Shown one piece after another: positions 17,231 to 24,214 of a stretch of DNA of 29,464 nt. The stretch comes from a virus (taxonomy: Duplodnaviria; Caudoviricetes). Under the pieces are notes generated by a model. It ran no database searches, was not told the DNA's origin, and worked only from the letters and a program-made list of their open reading frames with translations. The translations under genes were made by a program, and so were the position numbers. How positions within the stretch are numbered: the stretch's first letter is position 1; each line of letters starts with the position of its first letter. The stretch spans positions 1 to 29,464 of the IMG/VR virus record IMGVR_UViG_3300028638_000041, one strand, 5' to 3'.

Positions 17231-17779
17231 CTATTTATAGCTAAAATTAAAAACAGCATCATCAATTGCGTCCTGCTCGATGCCAATGTAGACTAAAGTA
17301 ACCCTGGGTGTTGAATGATTAAGCAGTTTCTGTAGCGTCACGACGTCGCCTGTCTGCTTGTAGTAGTGATACCCAAAGGTTTTCCTCATGGTGTGTGTAC
17401 CGACGCTCTCAAGGCCAGCCAGACGCCCTGCACGATTGATTACCTCGTAAGCTCTGCGCCTGACGATGGGTTTATTCTTCCCCTGCCTGGACTTAATCAG
17501 ATAATCTTCAGGGCTCTTCCCGGCGCAGTACCGGTTGAGCTCCTTAGCCAGGATGCCGTTGATCCGAAAGCGCTTCGCTTTCTTAGTCTTCTTCTCCCTG
17601 ATATCAATGTGATCCCGGCCATACACATCCTTAACCTTCAGCTGAAGGATGTCGCTGATCCGGAGCCCGGAGTAGATGCCCATCAGAAACATGATCCGGT
17701 ACTTTTCATCCCACGCCCCAAGGATCTGCTCGACCTCATCAATCTTGGCTTTTAACTTAATTGGCTGCACTTTATTCAT
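17231..17779 (-). CDS. Second, short (182 aa) tyrosine recombinase, catalytic domain only
   Basis: GLRISD (R), EKKT.K (K), HTMRK (H-x-x-R), LNHS (H), TLVY (Y) all intact. Confidence 0.93.
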   Translation of the reverse strand: MNKVQPIKLKAKIDEVEQILGAWDEKYRIMFLMGIYSGLRISDILQLKVKDVYGRDHIDIREKKTKKAKRFRINGILAKELNRYCAGKSPEDYLIKSRQGKNKPIVRRRAYEVINRAGRLAGLESVGTHTMRKTFGYHYYKQTGDVVTLQKLLNHSTPRVTLVYIGIEQDAIDDAVFNFSYK

Positions 17780-18627
17780 AACTGACTCACCTTCCCCCGG
17801 CTCTTATTGCGTAGCACCGCATCCAGATCCGTTGGGTCACGCTCCGCATTGAAGTTGTGAAAGCCATTCTTTTTCACACCCTGGCCTTTGGCTGGCCTGT
17901 TGTCATAATTGCCCTCGATGATCTTTATGAAATTGTGTTGCGTCATGATCCAGTCAAAGTCCGCCTTCCATGTGCCCGTTCGATTAGTCAGGAAGTCCGA
18001 CTTCTCCACCCGATCAAGAAATGTCTGATAATCAATCACGTCACCTTTCAGATCCGCCCATCTGGCTTTCAACGTCCTTCGCCTTTTATCCGTCATACTT
18101 TTGATCTTAGGCAGCGATGGGCACCTCTCATGGAACAGATCAATCATTTTTTGATATGGCACCTCATCTTGTATTGGATTCGGATTCAGATTCGGATTGG
18201 ATTCGGATTGGATTGGATTGGATTCTCGGGTGCAAGTGATTTCATCTGATTTCAATTGATTTCCGTTGATATCAATTGAAATCAATTTGCTATTATGTGT
18301 TGGTGGGTCTGGATATTTCGACCGTCTTGCCCTCATTTGTTGATGATCTTCCCACTTGGTTAAGAATAGGTATGGCCGGCCATCATTTTCATACATGGCC
18401 ACAAGTCCAACTTCAACCAGCTTGCTCAAATACATGGAACAATCCTCCGTGCCGATGGTCTCATTTATCGGAAACAGCTTAGCTTTCAGCATCTGTGGCC
18501 TGGCGTCACACCGGCCAAAGTCGTCGCAATTGACAATCAAGCGGTAAAAGAAGATCTCTTCCATAGGCTCCAGCTTCGCAATGTCCTCACTGCTGCAGAT
18601 GCTCTCTTTTATGATTCTGTTTGGCAA
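17776..18627 (-). CDS. Phage replication initiator / replisome organiser
   Basis: MPNRIIKESI..S...L...EE.FFYRLIV.CDDFGR N-terminus, low-complexity linker, S.FL....WKADFDW......KI.EGNY C-terminus. Confidence 0.88.
   Translation of the reverse strand: MPNRIIKESICSSEDIAKLEPMEEIFFYRLIVNCDDFGRCDARPQMLKAKLFPINETIGTEDCSMYLSKLVEVGLVAMYENDGRPYLFLTKWEDHQQMRARRSKYPDPPTHNSKLISIDINGNQLKSDEITCTRESNPIQSESNPNLNPNPIQDEVPYQKMIDLFHERCPSLPKIKSMTDKRRRTLKARWADLKGDVIDYQTFLDRVEKSDFLTNRTGTWKADFDWIMTQHNFIKIIEGNYDNRPAKGQGVKKNGFHNFNAERDPTDLDAVLRNKSRGKVSQL
18174..18286. repeat. Putative replication origin inside the initiator gene: GGATT(C) microrepeats plus five 10-bp iterons
   Basis: GGATT-type tandem repeats 18174-18225; TGATTTCATC TGATTTCAAT TGATTTCCGT TGATATCAAT TGAAATCAAT at 18237-18286. 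Confidence 0.75.
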
Positions 18628-18649
18628 ACTTTGTTCACCTCCGTCCGCG

Positions 18650-18715
18650 TGTTATAATAACAGTGTTACATTTGATCTGAGTCTGTTTGGGTGGCCGCCC
18701 ATCAGGCTCTTTTTT
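18650..18715 (+). ncRNA. Candidate small antisense RNA (promoter plus terminator) just upstream of the initiator gene
   Basis: TGtTATAAT (18650-18658) followed by hairpin 18679-18709 and T6 on the plus strand. Confidence 0.5.
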
Positions 18716-18938
18716 CATTTGGCTCAAATAGCTTGCATGCATCAAAACCGCTGATTCTATCCGCTTTGACTCTCATCTGTGCTAAAGCCTTGTTTGTTTC
18801 ATTCTTCTCTATATCTCGACCTTCTTTAATGCCAGCCAACCGCCCTTGTTCAAAGCTGTCCTTGCTGCCGATCCGTGCGCCGGTCAAAACCGCTATGGCC
18901 AACATGGCCACCAAAATAATCATTCCGTACTCTTCCAT
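18702..18938 (-). CDS. Small membrane-anchored hypothetical protein
   Basis: N-terminal hydrophobic helix; AAGGAGG RBS before ATG 18938. Confidence 0.7.
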   Translation of the reverse strand: MEEYGMIILVAMLAIAVLTGARIGSKDSFEQGRLAGIKEGRDIEKNETNKALAQMRVKADRISGFDACKLFEPNEKRA

Positions 18939-19144
18939 TTGAAACCCTCCTTCAAGTCTTTTGCGCATTTTTTGCAGATATGAACGCCGTTACCGTTAGT
19001 CAGTGCGCATTGCTTGCAAATATGCCTGTCGCAAGTGATTGTGTATGGAGTAGTTGTTTCTCTGTGCCTGACAATTGCTCTAAACTTTGGCATGTCGCAG
19101 ACAAATTCAGCTAATCTTTTTTTGCAGATACTGCAAGCTTCCAC
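18920..19144 (-). CDS. Cys-rich zinc-finger hypothetical protein
   Basis: CSIC, CD, CD..IC..C, HIC..C; GTG 19144 after GGAGG. Confidence 0.7.
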   Translation of the reverse strand: MEACSICKKRLAEFVCDMPKFRAIVRHRETTTPYTITCDRHICKQCALTNGNGVHICKKCAKDLKEGFKWKSTE

Positions 19145-19311
19145 GCTTTTCGTCCCTCCACAAGAATCGTTTCGTACTCGTCCCGGTCTGAGGTTGAACA
19201 AGGTATGACGGTGATTTTCATGATATCGTCATCAAGCAGTATCACGACGCCCTCAGCATTTGGAAAACAGTCAACGATGGCATTTTTTATCTTTTTAATC
19301 TTATTTTTCAT
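19111..19311 (-). CDS. Hypothetical protein
   Basis: ATG 19311 after GGGAGGT; coupled to neighbours. Confidence 0.65.
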   Translation of the reverse strand: MKNKIKKIKNAIVDCFPNAEGVVILLDDDIMKITVIPCSTSDRDEYETILVEGRKAWKLAVSAKKD

Positions 19312-19412
19312 TCCTGAACCTCCCTGGCCATAGCCTTGAATTTCTGCCTGGTGTTTGACCATTCACGATTCTTCCAGAGCCACTTGATGCAACGAAGATA
19401 ATAACCAATCAT
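19308..19412 (-). CDS. 34-aa micro-ORF (not in ORF track)
   Basis: GGAGGT RBS; MIGYYLRCIKWLWKNREWSNTRQKFKAMAREVQE; ATGA overlap with the next gene. Confidence 0.7.
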   Translation of the reverse strand: MIGYYLRCIKWLWKNREWSNTRQKFKAMAREVQE

Positions 19413-19414
19413 GC

Positions 19415-19600
19415 TTACAACCTCCCAAATTCATAGTCATCAGCTGACCACTTAGCAATAAAGTGATCGGAGCCAATCAGAAGCGTGTGTGTCTTTCTGA
19501 CGTCCAGATCCTCGTCAATTTCTTTCATTTCAACATCAGCGATGTCCGATTGAATGAGATTTAAAGCAATCAGGGCTGTTTTTAACTCTCTCCTGGTCAT
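19415..19600 (-). CDS. Hypothetical protein
   Basis: GAGGAGG RBS, ATGA coupling. Confidence 0.65.
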   Translation of the reverse strand: MTRRELKTALIALNLIQSDIADVEMKEIDEDLDVRKTHTLLIGSDHFIAKWSADDYEFGRL

Positions 19601-19839
19601 ATCAGCTCATCCTCCTCGCCACTTGCGCACCACTCAGGCAAGACCTTGAATTTATATCCTTCTTTTTCAATCGTTTGTGTGCTGCTTCCAAGTCCTATAA
19701 AGACATGGCCATCAAGAAAAAACGCCCACATAAGTTGTTCCGCTAATGATAAATTGCTCTTTCGTCGCACTCTGATTTTATCCATATCATCAAAGAATCT
19801 GGTTCTGCTAAAGATGTACTTTCGCCCTGGTTCAAACAT
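19597..19839 (-). CDS. Hypothetical protein
   Basis: ATG 19839 after GGGAGG; TGATG coupling. Confidence 0.65.
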   Translation of the reverse strand: MFEPGRKYIFSRTRFFDDMDKIRVRRKSNLSLAEQLMWAFFLDGHVFIGLGSSTQTIEKEGYKFKVLPEWCASGEEDELI

Positions 19840-20045
19840 CAGAACCGCCTCCCGATAGAACATCCGATTGATTCGAGTGTCGCAGTTATCCTATTTGCCT
19901 CGGCCACAAGTTTGTCGAATGGAGTTTCGGGCTTGTTAGGTTGATTTTTTAAGCTCACTAGGTATATTCTCGCTGGGTTTATTTTCGATAGCTTTTCATC
20001 GCTTAATTTTGTGTATTTTACCTTACGACCTTTTCTTGTCCTCAT
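19839..20045 (-). CDS. Basic hypothetical protein
   Basis: GGAGGT RBS, coupled. Confidence 0.65.
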   Translation of the reverse strand: MRTRKGRKVKYTKLSDEKLSKINPARIYLVSLKNQPNKPETPFDKLVAEANRITATLESIGCSIGRRF

Positions 20046-20119
20046 ACCCTACCTCCAAGCTTCCGGCACGCAGCGCACGTATTTGGATGCCGCCATGGAC
20101 ATTCCTTGCAATCACACAT
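20042..20119 (-). CDS. 25-aa Cys-rich micropeptide (not in ORF track)
   Basis: GGAGGT RBS; MCDCKECPWRHPNTCAACRKLGGRV; overlaps the upstream stop and downstream start. Confidence 0.65.
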   Translation of the reverse strand: MCDCKECPWRHPNTCAACRKLGGRV

Positions 20120-20301
20120 CAGAAATACCTCCACTTCACCATCATCAGGCCAAACATGACGCACATTGTCAGAAACGCTATAGCCATAGCTGATCCGCAC
20201 ATCGGTCCAAAATTATCAACGACTTTGATCACTGCATAACCGCCGCCCATAATGGCCAGCACGACCGCGGAAGCTATCAATAAAAACTGAATTGTGATCA
20301 T
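20119..20301 (-). CDS. Small two-helix membrane protein
   Basis: Two hydrophobic segments in 60 aa. Confidence 0.7.
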   Translation of the reverse strand: MITIQFLLIASAVVLAIMGGGYAVIKVVDNFGPMCGSAMAIAFLTMCVMFGLMMVKWRYF

Positions 20302-20531
20302 TCACTTTCACGCCCTGTCAGTTTGTTCTGAATTTCATTAATTGTATTATTCAACCCTTGCCAGTACTCCGCATTACTAGGAGCGTTTGGATATCTAAGT
20401 GTTCCAGCTGGGTTTCTTTCATTACTTAGCTCATTCCATGCATCAAGCTCTTTTTTTCTATATTGTGTGGTCAACATCAAATACATTCTGAGATCCATTG
20501 CTTGTTCTTCTGTCAGTTTAATTTCAATCAT
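20298..20531 (-). CDS. Hypothetical protein
   Basis: AAGGAGGG RBS. Confidence 0.7.
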   Translation of the reverse strand: MIEIKLTEEQAMDLRMYLMLTTQYRKKELDAWNELSNERNPAGTLRYPNAPSNAEYWQGLNNTINEIQNKLTGRESE

Positions 20532-20552
20532 TTTTAGCCCTCCTTAACACAT

Positions 20553-20580
20553 GTGCTATATTCGTGCTATCGCGTGCTAT
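20553..20580. repeat. Three phased GTGCTAT heptamers
   Basis: GTGCTAT at 20553, 20564 and 20574 in a short intergenic gap. Confidence 0.6.
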
Positions 20581-20927
20581 CCAATCACCCGCATCAGCTG
20601 CGTCACTTCCTCATCGGATAGTGTCGCAAGGTCCTGCTCTCCATCCTCATCGGTCGCGATCTTGACGATGATGCAGTCACCGGCGATGAAGTCCGCCCCG
20701 TAGCTTCGGTGCATATGCGTAGACGCCCTCTCGTTGTGCGGCAACCTCATGTTCTTGCCTTCCTCATTGACGATCAGCTGATAATCAAACGGCAGCCTGA
20801 TCCTTGGGCTGATCGTCTCAATAAATCCACCTACCTGTGCCTGGAGCCATCCAAGGATAGATCCGTTATTCTCCTGCGGCGCCACAGTATTCACGCTGCC
20901 ATCAGCGCCAATTTTAATCGCATACAT
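20577..20927 (-). CDS. DUF3846-like hypothetical protein
   Basis: LQAQVGGFIE, IVNEEGK...LP.N, DFIAGD..I pattern. Confidence 0.7.
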   Translation of the reverse strand: MYAIKIGADGSVNTVAPQENNGSILGWLQAQVGGFIETISPRIRLPFDYQLIVNEEGKNMRLPHNERASTHMHRSYGADFIAGDCIIVKIATDEDGEQDLATLSDEEVTQLMRVIG

Positions 20928-21111
20928 CCGGATCAAGCTCCTCTCTGTCGTCATTGCATGAATCCAGATATTCTTCCAGCCACTCTTCTTTAACTCTGTA
21001 GATCTTGCCGCCGACCTTCTTGGATCTGATCCGTCCGGTCCTTAAAAGCTCGTAAACTGTGCTTTTGCCAATCATTAAGCGCTCTTGTATGTCATAAGCA
21101 GTCAGTAACAT
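20914..21111 (-). CDS. Excisionase-like winged-HTH protein
   Basis: LLT..D..E.L.IGKSTVYELLR.G.I...KVG...YRV; AAGGAGG RBS before ATG 21111. Confidence 0.85.
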   Translation of the reverse strand: MLLTAYDIQERLMIGKSTVYELLRTGRIRSKKVGGKIYRVKEEWLEEYLDSCNDDREELDPDVCD

Positions 21112-21179
21112 GTTGCATCCTCCTTTTTTCGACAGTATTCGAAGTTTTGCCGATGGTTTCAAAATGGTATGGTTGAGGT

Positions 21180-21460
21180 GAAGGGGCGTTATATGAGGTG
21201 AATTGATGAATTCAATAAAAAATGCTTTATCCGATGAAATGCTTGATATCGAATGTCCTGAATGTGGTCACGAATTTGAAATTGAATTGTCTCAGGATGG
21301 CTCTATCGTTACATGCCCACAATGCGAATCAGATTTCAATTTCAAGGTCAGCGGCCTGGATGAAATTGAAAACAAAGTCGATGACTTGATTGACGATTTT
21401 ACTGACTCGCTGGAAAAGCAACTCAAGAAAATATTCAAGTAACTGAAATTACGCCCCTTC
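21180..21460. repeat. Inverted repeats GAAGGGGCGT(T/A)AT flanking the counter-oriented gene
   Basis: Left 21180-21192 GAAGGGGCGTTAT; right 21448-21460 reverse complement GAAGGGGCGTAAT. Confidence 0.6.
21206..21442 (+). CDS. Small acidic zinc-ribbon protein, opposite orientation to the early operon
   Basis: CPECG...CPQC; GAGGTG RBS; upstream extended -10 TGgTATGGT (21165-21173). Confidence 0.8.
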   Translation: MNSIKNALSDEMLDIECPECGHEFEIELSQDGSIVTCPQCESDFNFKVSGLDEIENKVDDLIDDFTDSLEKQLKKIFK

Positions 21461-21652
21461 GCTATTTGTTATGGTTGTCTGGAAATCAAAATATTTACGA
21501 ATGTTATCCGTTAACTCGATTTTGAAAACTTCAACTGCTTGTTCTGCTGAAGTATAAAAACCTTCTGAAATTTGAGATTCAATTCGATTTTGAAGCTTGT
21601 CGATTTCATTTTGTTTCATCAATAATTTGACTGTTACTGTTGATCTAGCCAT
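21449..21652 (-). CDS. Hypothetical protein
   Basis: AGGAGG RBS; ends ...SEGA* inside the right inverted repeat. Confidence 0.7.
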   Translation of the reverse strand: MARSTVTVKLLMKQNEIDKLQNRIESQISEGFYTSAEQAVEVFKIELTDNIRKYFDFQTTITNSEGA

Positions 21653-21674
21653 TCACTTCATCCTCCTAATTTTT

Positions 21675-22244
21675 CTACTCATCTTCCCCCACATACCTCT
21701 GAAACAACCGCCCAATAAACTCCGCCCGCTCCTTCTCATTCGTCGCCGAATAAAATTCATCCAGGTGCCCATGATCCGTCAGCCAGCGGTCAATCTTCTT
21801 AATGCACTTGTCCGGATTGTATTTGTAATTCGTCCTGCCATAGCCGTCGTACCGGTCATCCGTCTCCGCAAAACCCTCATCAAGCATCACCCGGTATGGC
21901 ACAGACAGCTTCGACTTCGCCTGGCAGATCCCAACAATCCTGAGCAGTTTCCCAAGCACCTTCGGCCCAATCGACACCTGATACTTCAGCCCCAGATCCG
22001 TCAGCGACACAAACCCATACTTACTCTCCGTGACCCGGTGCCTGGCAATCTCCAGTTCCAGCTGCTTCTTCTGCTCCAGCTTCGCCTGCTCCAGCTCGAT
22101 CTGATTCGCCCTCGACAGCTGAAGTGCTTCCGCAGCGTTCGCGTTCGCCTCCTGGACGATCTTGGACACAATCTGCATGTTGAGCGCGCTCAACTGCTCG
22201 ACCGTCAGGCTGTTGAGGTTGATGGTTGCTAGTTCGTTACTCAT
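21675..22244 (-). CDS. Antirepressor-like DNA-binding protein
   Basis: Coiled coil followed by SLTDLG......GPK.L.KLL...GI; typical position after cro. Confidence 0.5.
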   Translation of the reverse strand: MSNELATINLNSLTVEQLSALNMQIVSKIVQEANANAAEALQLSRANQIELEQAKLEQKKQLELEIARHRVTESKYGFVSLTDLGLKYQVSIGPKVLGKLLRIVGICQAKSKLSVPYRVMLDEGFAETDDRYDGYGRTNYKYNPDKCIKKIDRWLTDHGHLDEFYSATNEKERAEFIGRLFQRYVGEDE

Positions 22245-23145
22245 CACGAATCACCTCATAATCACTCTCCATAATGTTCATCACGACATCATAATCCGGA
22301 AGCATCTCATTCATCTCATCCACCCACCTCTGAACCGCGCCGATGGTCTCAGCAACATTCTTCATCACCACCGGTTCTTTCTTGACCAAGCTCATGTATG
22401 GCGCGAATTTGATTGGGGCAAGCTCCAGAGCAATGAACCTTTCGATCTTGCTCGACAGTCCGGCGACTTCTTTCATCATTAGGAATTCTCCGCGAATAGA
22501 ATTGCGCTCCTTGGTTAGGCTTTCAACTTCTCGCTTCATGAACTCGTACTTAGTGGCATCCGACTCGTAAAGATTTGCTTTGCGTTCATAAAGGTTTTTT
22601 TGCTCTTCGATATGCTTGATCTGTTCTTCAAGCTCTTTCGCCTTGGCTTCCATTTCAGCCAGGCGTCGCTTGGATGAAAAGTAGTCCACCGGCGTAGTCT
22701 GTTTTTCGACTACCTTTTCGACCACTTTTTCAATGACTACAGGGCCATGTTTCATAAAATCTTCAAGCTCTTTTTCAAGGCGTTTCTTTTCTGCGATGAC
22801 CGCCTTTAATTCTCTGGTGGTCATGCCCTCGATTGGATTGGATTCGATGAAGTCTTGGCGCTGGTCTTCGGGAATATCCAGAAGGGCGAATACTTTTGAT
22901 TGAGTCAAATGTTGATACGTATCAACATTTTGAAATTCAGATGCCACTTTCATAAATTTATTAGCTGTAAATCTTGAAAATTCAACCTTCTCTTCTAACC
23001 ACGGCAGCCATTCGCCGTGCGGCAACATTTCTTTGGCTTCAATTAATCGTTTCCCAATCTCAACAATGTTTTGGGCTGTTTGTTGCTTATAAATCAATAT
23101 TTCAGATGTGAGTTTTGTGATTTTATTAATATCAATTTCGTTCAT
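22237..23145 (-). CDS. DUF3102-like protein
   Basis: EIG.RL.EAK..LPHGEW..WL...V.FS...A..FM.VA and MTTREL motifs, followed by a coiled coil. Confidence 0.85.
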   Translation of the reverse strand: MNEIDINKITKLTSEILIYKQQTAQNIVEIGKRLIEAKEMLPHGEWLPWLEEKVEFSRFTANKFMKVASEFQNVDTYQHLTQSKVFALLDIPEDQRQDFIESNPIEGMTTRELKAVIAEKKRLEKELEDFMKHGPVVIEKVVEKVVEKQTTPVDYFSSKRRLAEMEAKAKELEEQIKHIEEQKNLYERKANLYESDATKYEFMKREVESLTKERNSIRGEFLMMKEVAGLSSKIERFIALELAPIKFAPYMSLVKKEPVVMKNVAETIGAVQRWVDEMNEMLPDYDVVMNIMESDYEVIRDE

Positions 23146-23404
23146 CTTCGCCCTCCATTGTGTCTATAAAATAATCAATAACATTTGTTGATCTACCAAG
23201 AATTAGCCAATCTAATGAGACGCCTAGGTGATCTGCAATTCTGCATAACTTTATTATTTCCAATCGAAATGTTCCTTTTTGAACATCTTCCAACACTGAC
23301 TCTGGTTCGCTTATAATCTCAGACAATGTTGAAATATCTATTTTCAAAACACGTGTTGCTTTAAAAATTCGTTCTCCAATTTTTTCATCGGTTATCTGAA
23401 TCAT
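23132..23404 (-). CDS. XRE-family HTH protein
   Basis: IGERI...R, IADHLGVSLDWLILG. Confidence 0.85.
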   Translation of the reverse strand: MIQITDEKIGERIFKATRVLKIDISTLSEIISEPESVLEDVQKGTFRLEIIKLCRIADHLGVSLDWLILGRSTNVIDYFIDTMEGEDERN

Positions 23405-23632
23405 TTAAACCTCCACCAAATCGTCCATTTTGGAAAGTTCGTCTGCAAAAAAAATATTCTCAATTTTCAGGCCAAAATGATTTGCTATCTTTTTTGCTTC
23501 AATTAATGAAAATTTAGTATGGCCAGTTTCTTTTTTGTAGTATGCAGATTCCGTTTCAAGACCTAGTAAATTACACATTTCAGTTACAGAAATACCATTA
23601 TCTTTTCTGTATCTTCTTAATGAATCATACAC
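23405..23632 (-). CDS. Cro-like XRE repressor
   Basis: LRRYRK..GIS..EM..LLG.....YYKKE.G...FSL.EAK.IA..F....E.IFF; divergent from CI. Confidence 0.9.
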   Translation of the reverse strand: MYDSLRRYRKDNGISVTEMCNLLGLETESAYYKKETGHTKFSLIEAKKIANHFGLKIENIFFADELSKMDDLVEV

Positions 23633-23661
23633 ATAAACACCTCCTTTCGCTTTCGAAAACC

Positions 23662-23767
23662 GTCCATTTTGGACAATTTAATTGTATATTCCATTTTGGA
23701 AAGTGTCAATACTTTATTTCCTTTTCGGAAAATATATATTTCAAAATTTCCAATTCGGAAGTATAAT
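23662..23767. promoter_or_regulatory. Lysis/lysogeny switch: divergent promoters and TTCC-N5-GGAA-like operators
   Basis: Leftward TTGACA (23709-23704)-17 bp-TACAAT (23686-23681); rightward TTTCAA (23739-23744)-17 bp-TATAAT (23762-23767). Operators at 23662, 23689, 23718 and 23748. Confidence 0.85.
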
Positions 23768-23782
23768 GATGCTGAGGTGGTA

Positions 23783-24112
23783 ATGATGCCAATGAAGTTC
23801 AGGCTAAGGGAACTTAGAGAAGAATTTGGATTAACTCAAAAACAGGTTGGCGTCCTGATTGGTGTTAAAGATTCAGCTATTTCGAAGTATGAGCGAATGG
23901 AGCAGCAGCCAGATTATGAATCACTTATCAAGCTTGCTGATTATTTTGATGTTTCACTTGATTATCTTCTCGGAAGAACTGATGAAAGGGACAAAAATGC
24001 ATCATACACCTTAGCTGCACATAGAGTGAACGGGTATGACAAGCCACTTAGTGAAGATGAGAAAAAAATGGTGGAGTCTATCATAGAAACGTACAGAAAA
24101 GCAAAAAAATAA
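23783..24112 (+). CDS. CI/ImmR-like XRE repressor
   Basis: RLRELRE..GLTQ..V...IGV..SAISKYE....PD...L..LADYFDVSLDYLLGR; no S24 peptidase domain; ImmA nearby. Confidence 0.92.
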   Translation: MMPMKFRLRELREEFGLTQKQVGVLIGVKDSAISKYERMEQQPDYESLIKLADYFDVSLDYLLGRTDERDKNASYTLAAHRVNGYDKPLSEDEKKMVESIIETYRKAKK

Positions 24113-24130
24113 GCGAGCTACCATGCTCGC
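24113..24130 (+). terminator. Hairpin after repressor
   Basis: GCGAGC/GCTCGC stem followed by an AT-rich tract. Confidence 0.5.
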
Positions 24131-24214
24131 CTAATTTTTAATATATAGATACATAATTTTCTATTTTTACAATCATATATAAACAATTATTACAAAATTC
24201 AAAGGAGGACAATT

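Noticed and set aside
17104-17286. 60-aa minus-strand ORF
   Set aside because: Overlaps the recombinase end in another frame and lacks an RBS; coding not supported.
21597-22232. 211-aa plus-strand ORF
   Set aside because: Antisense shadow of the GC3-rich 21675-22244 gene; no RBS and unnatural composition.
23669-23782. N-terminal extension of CI in the ORF track
   Set aside because: Covers promoters and operators; the RBS GAGGTGG points to ATG 23783.
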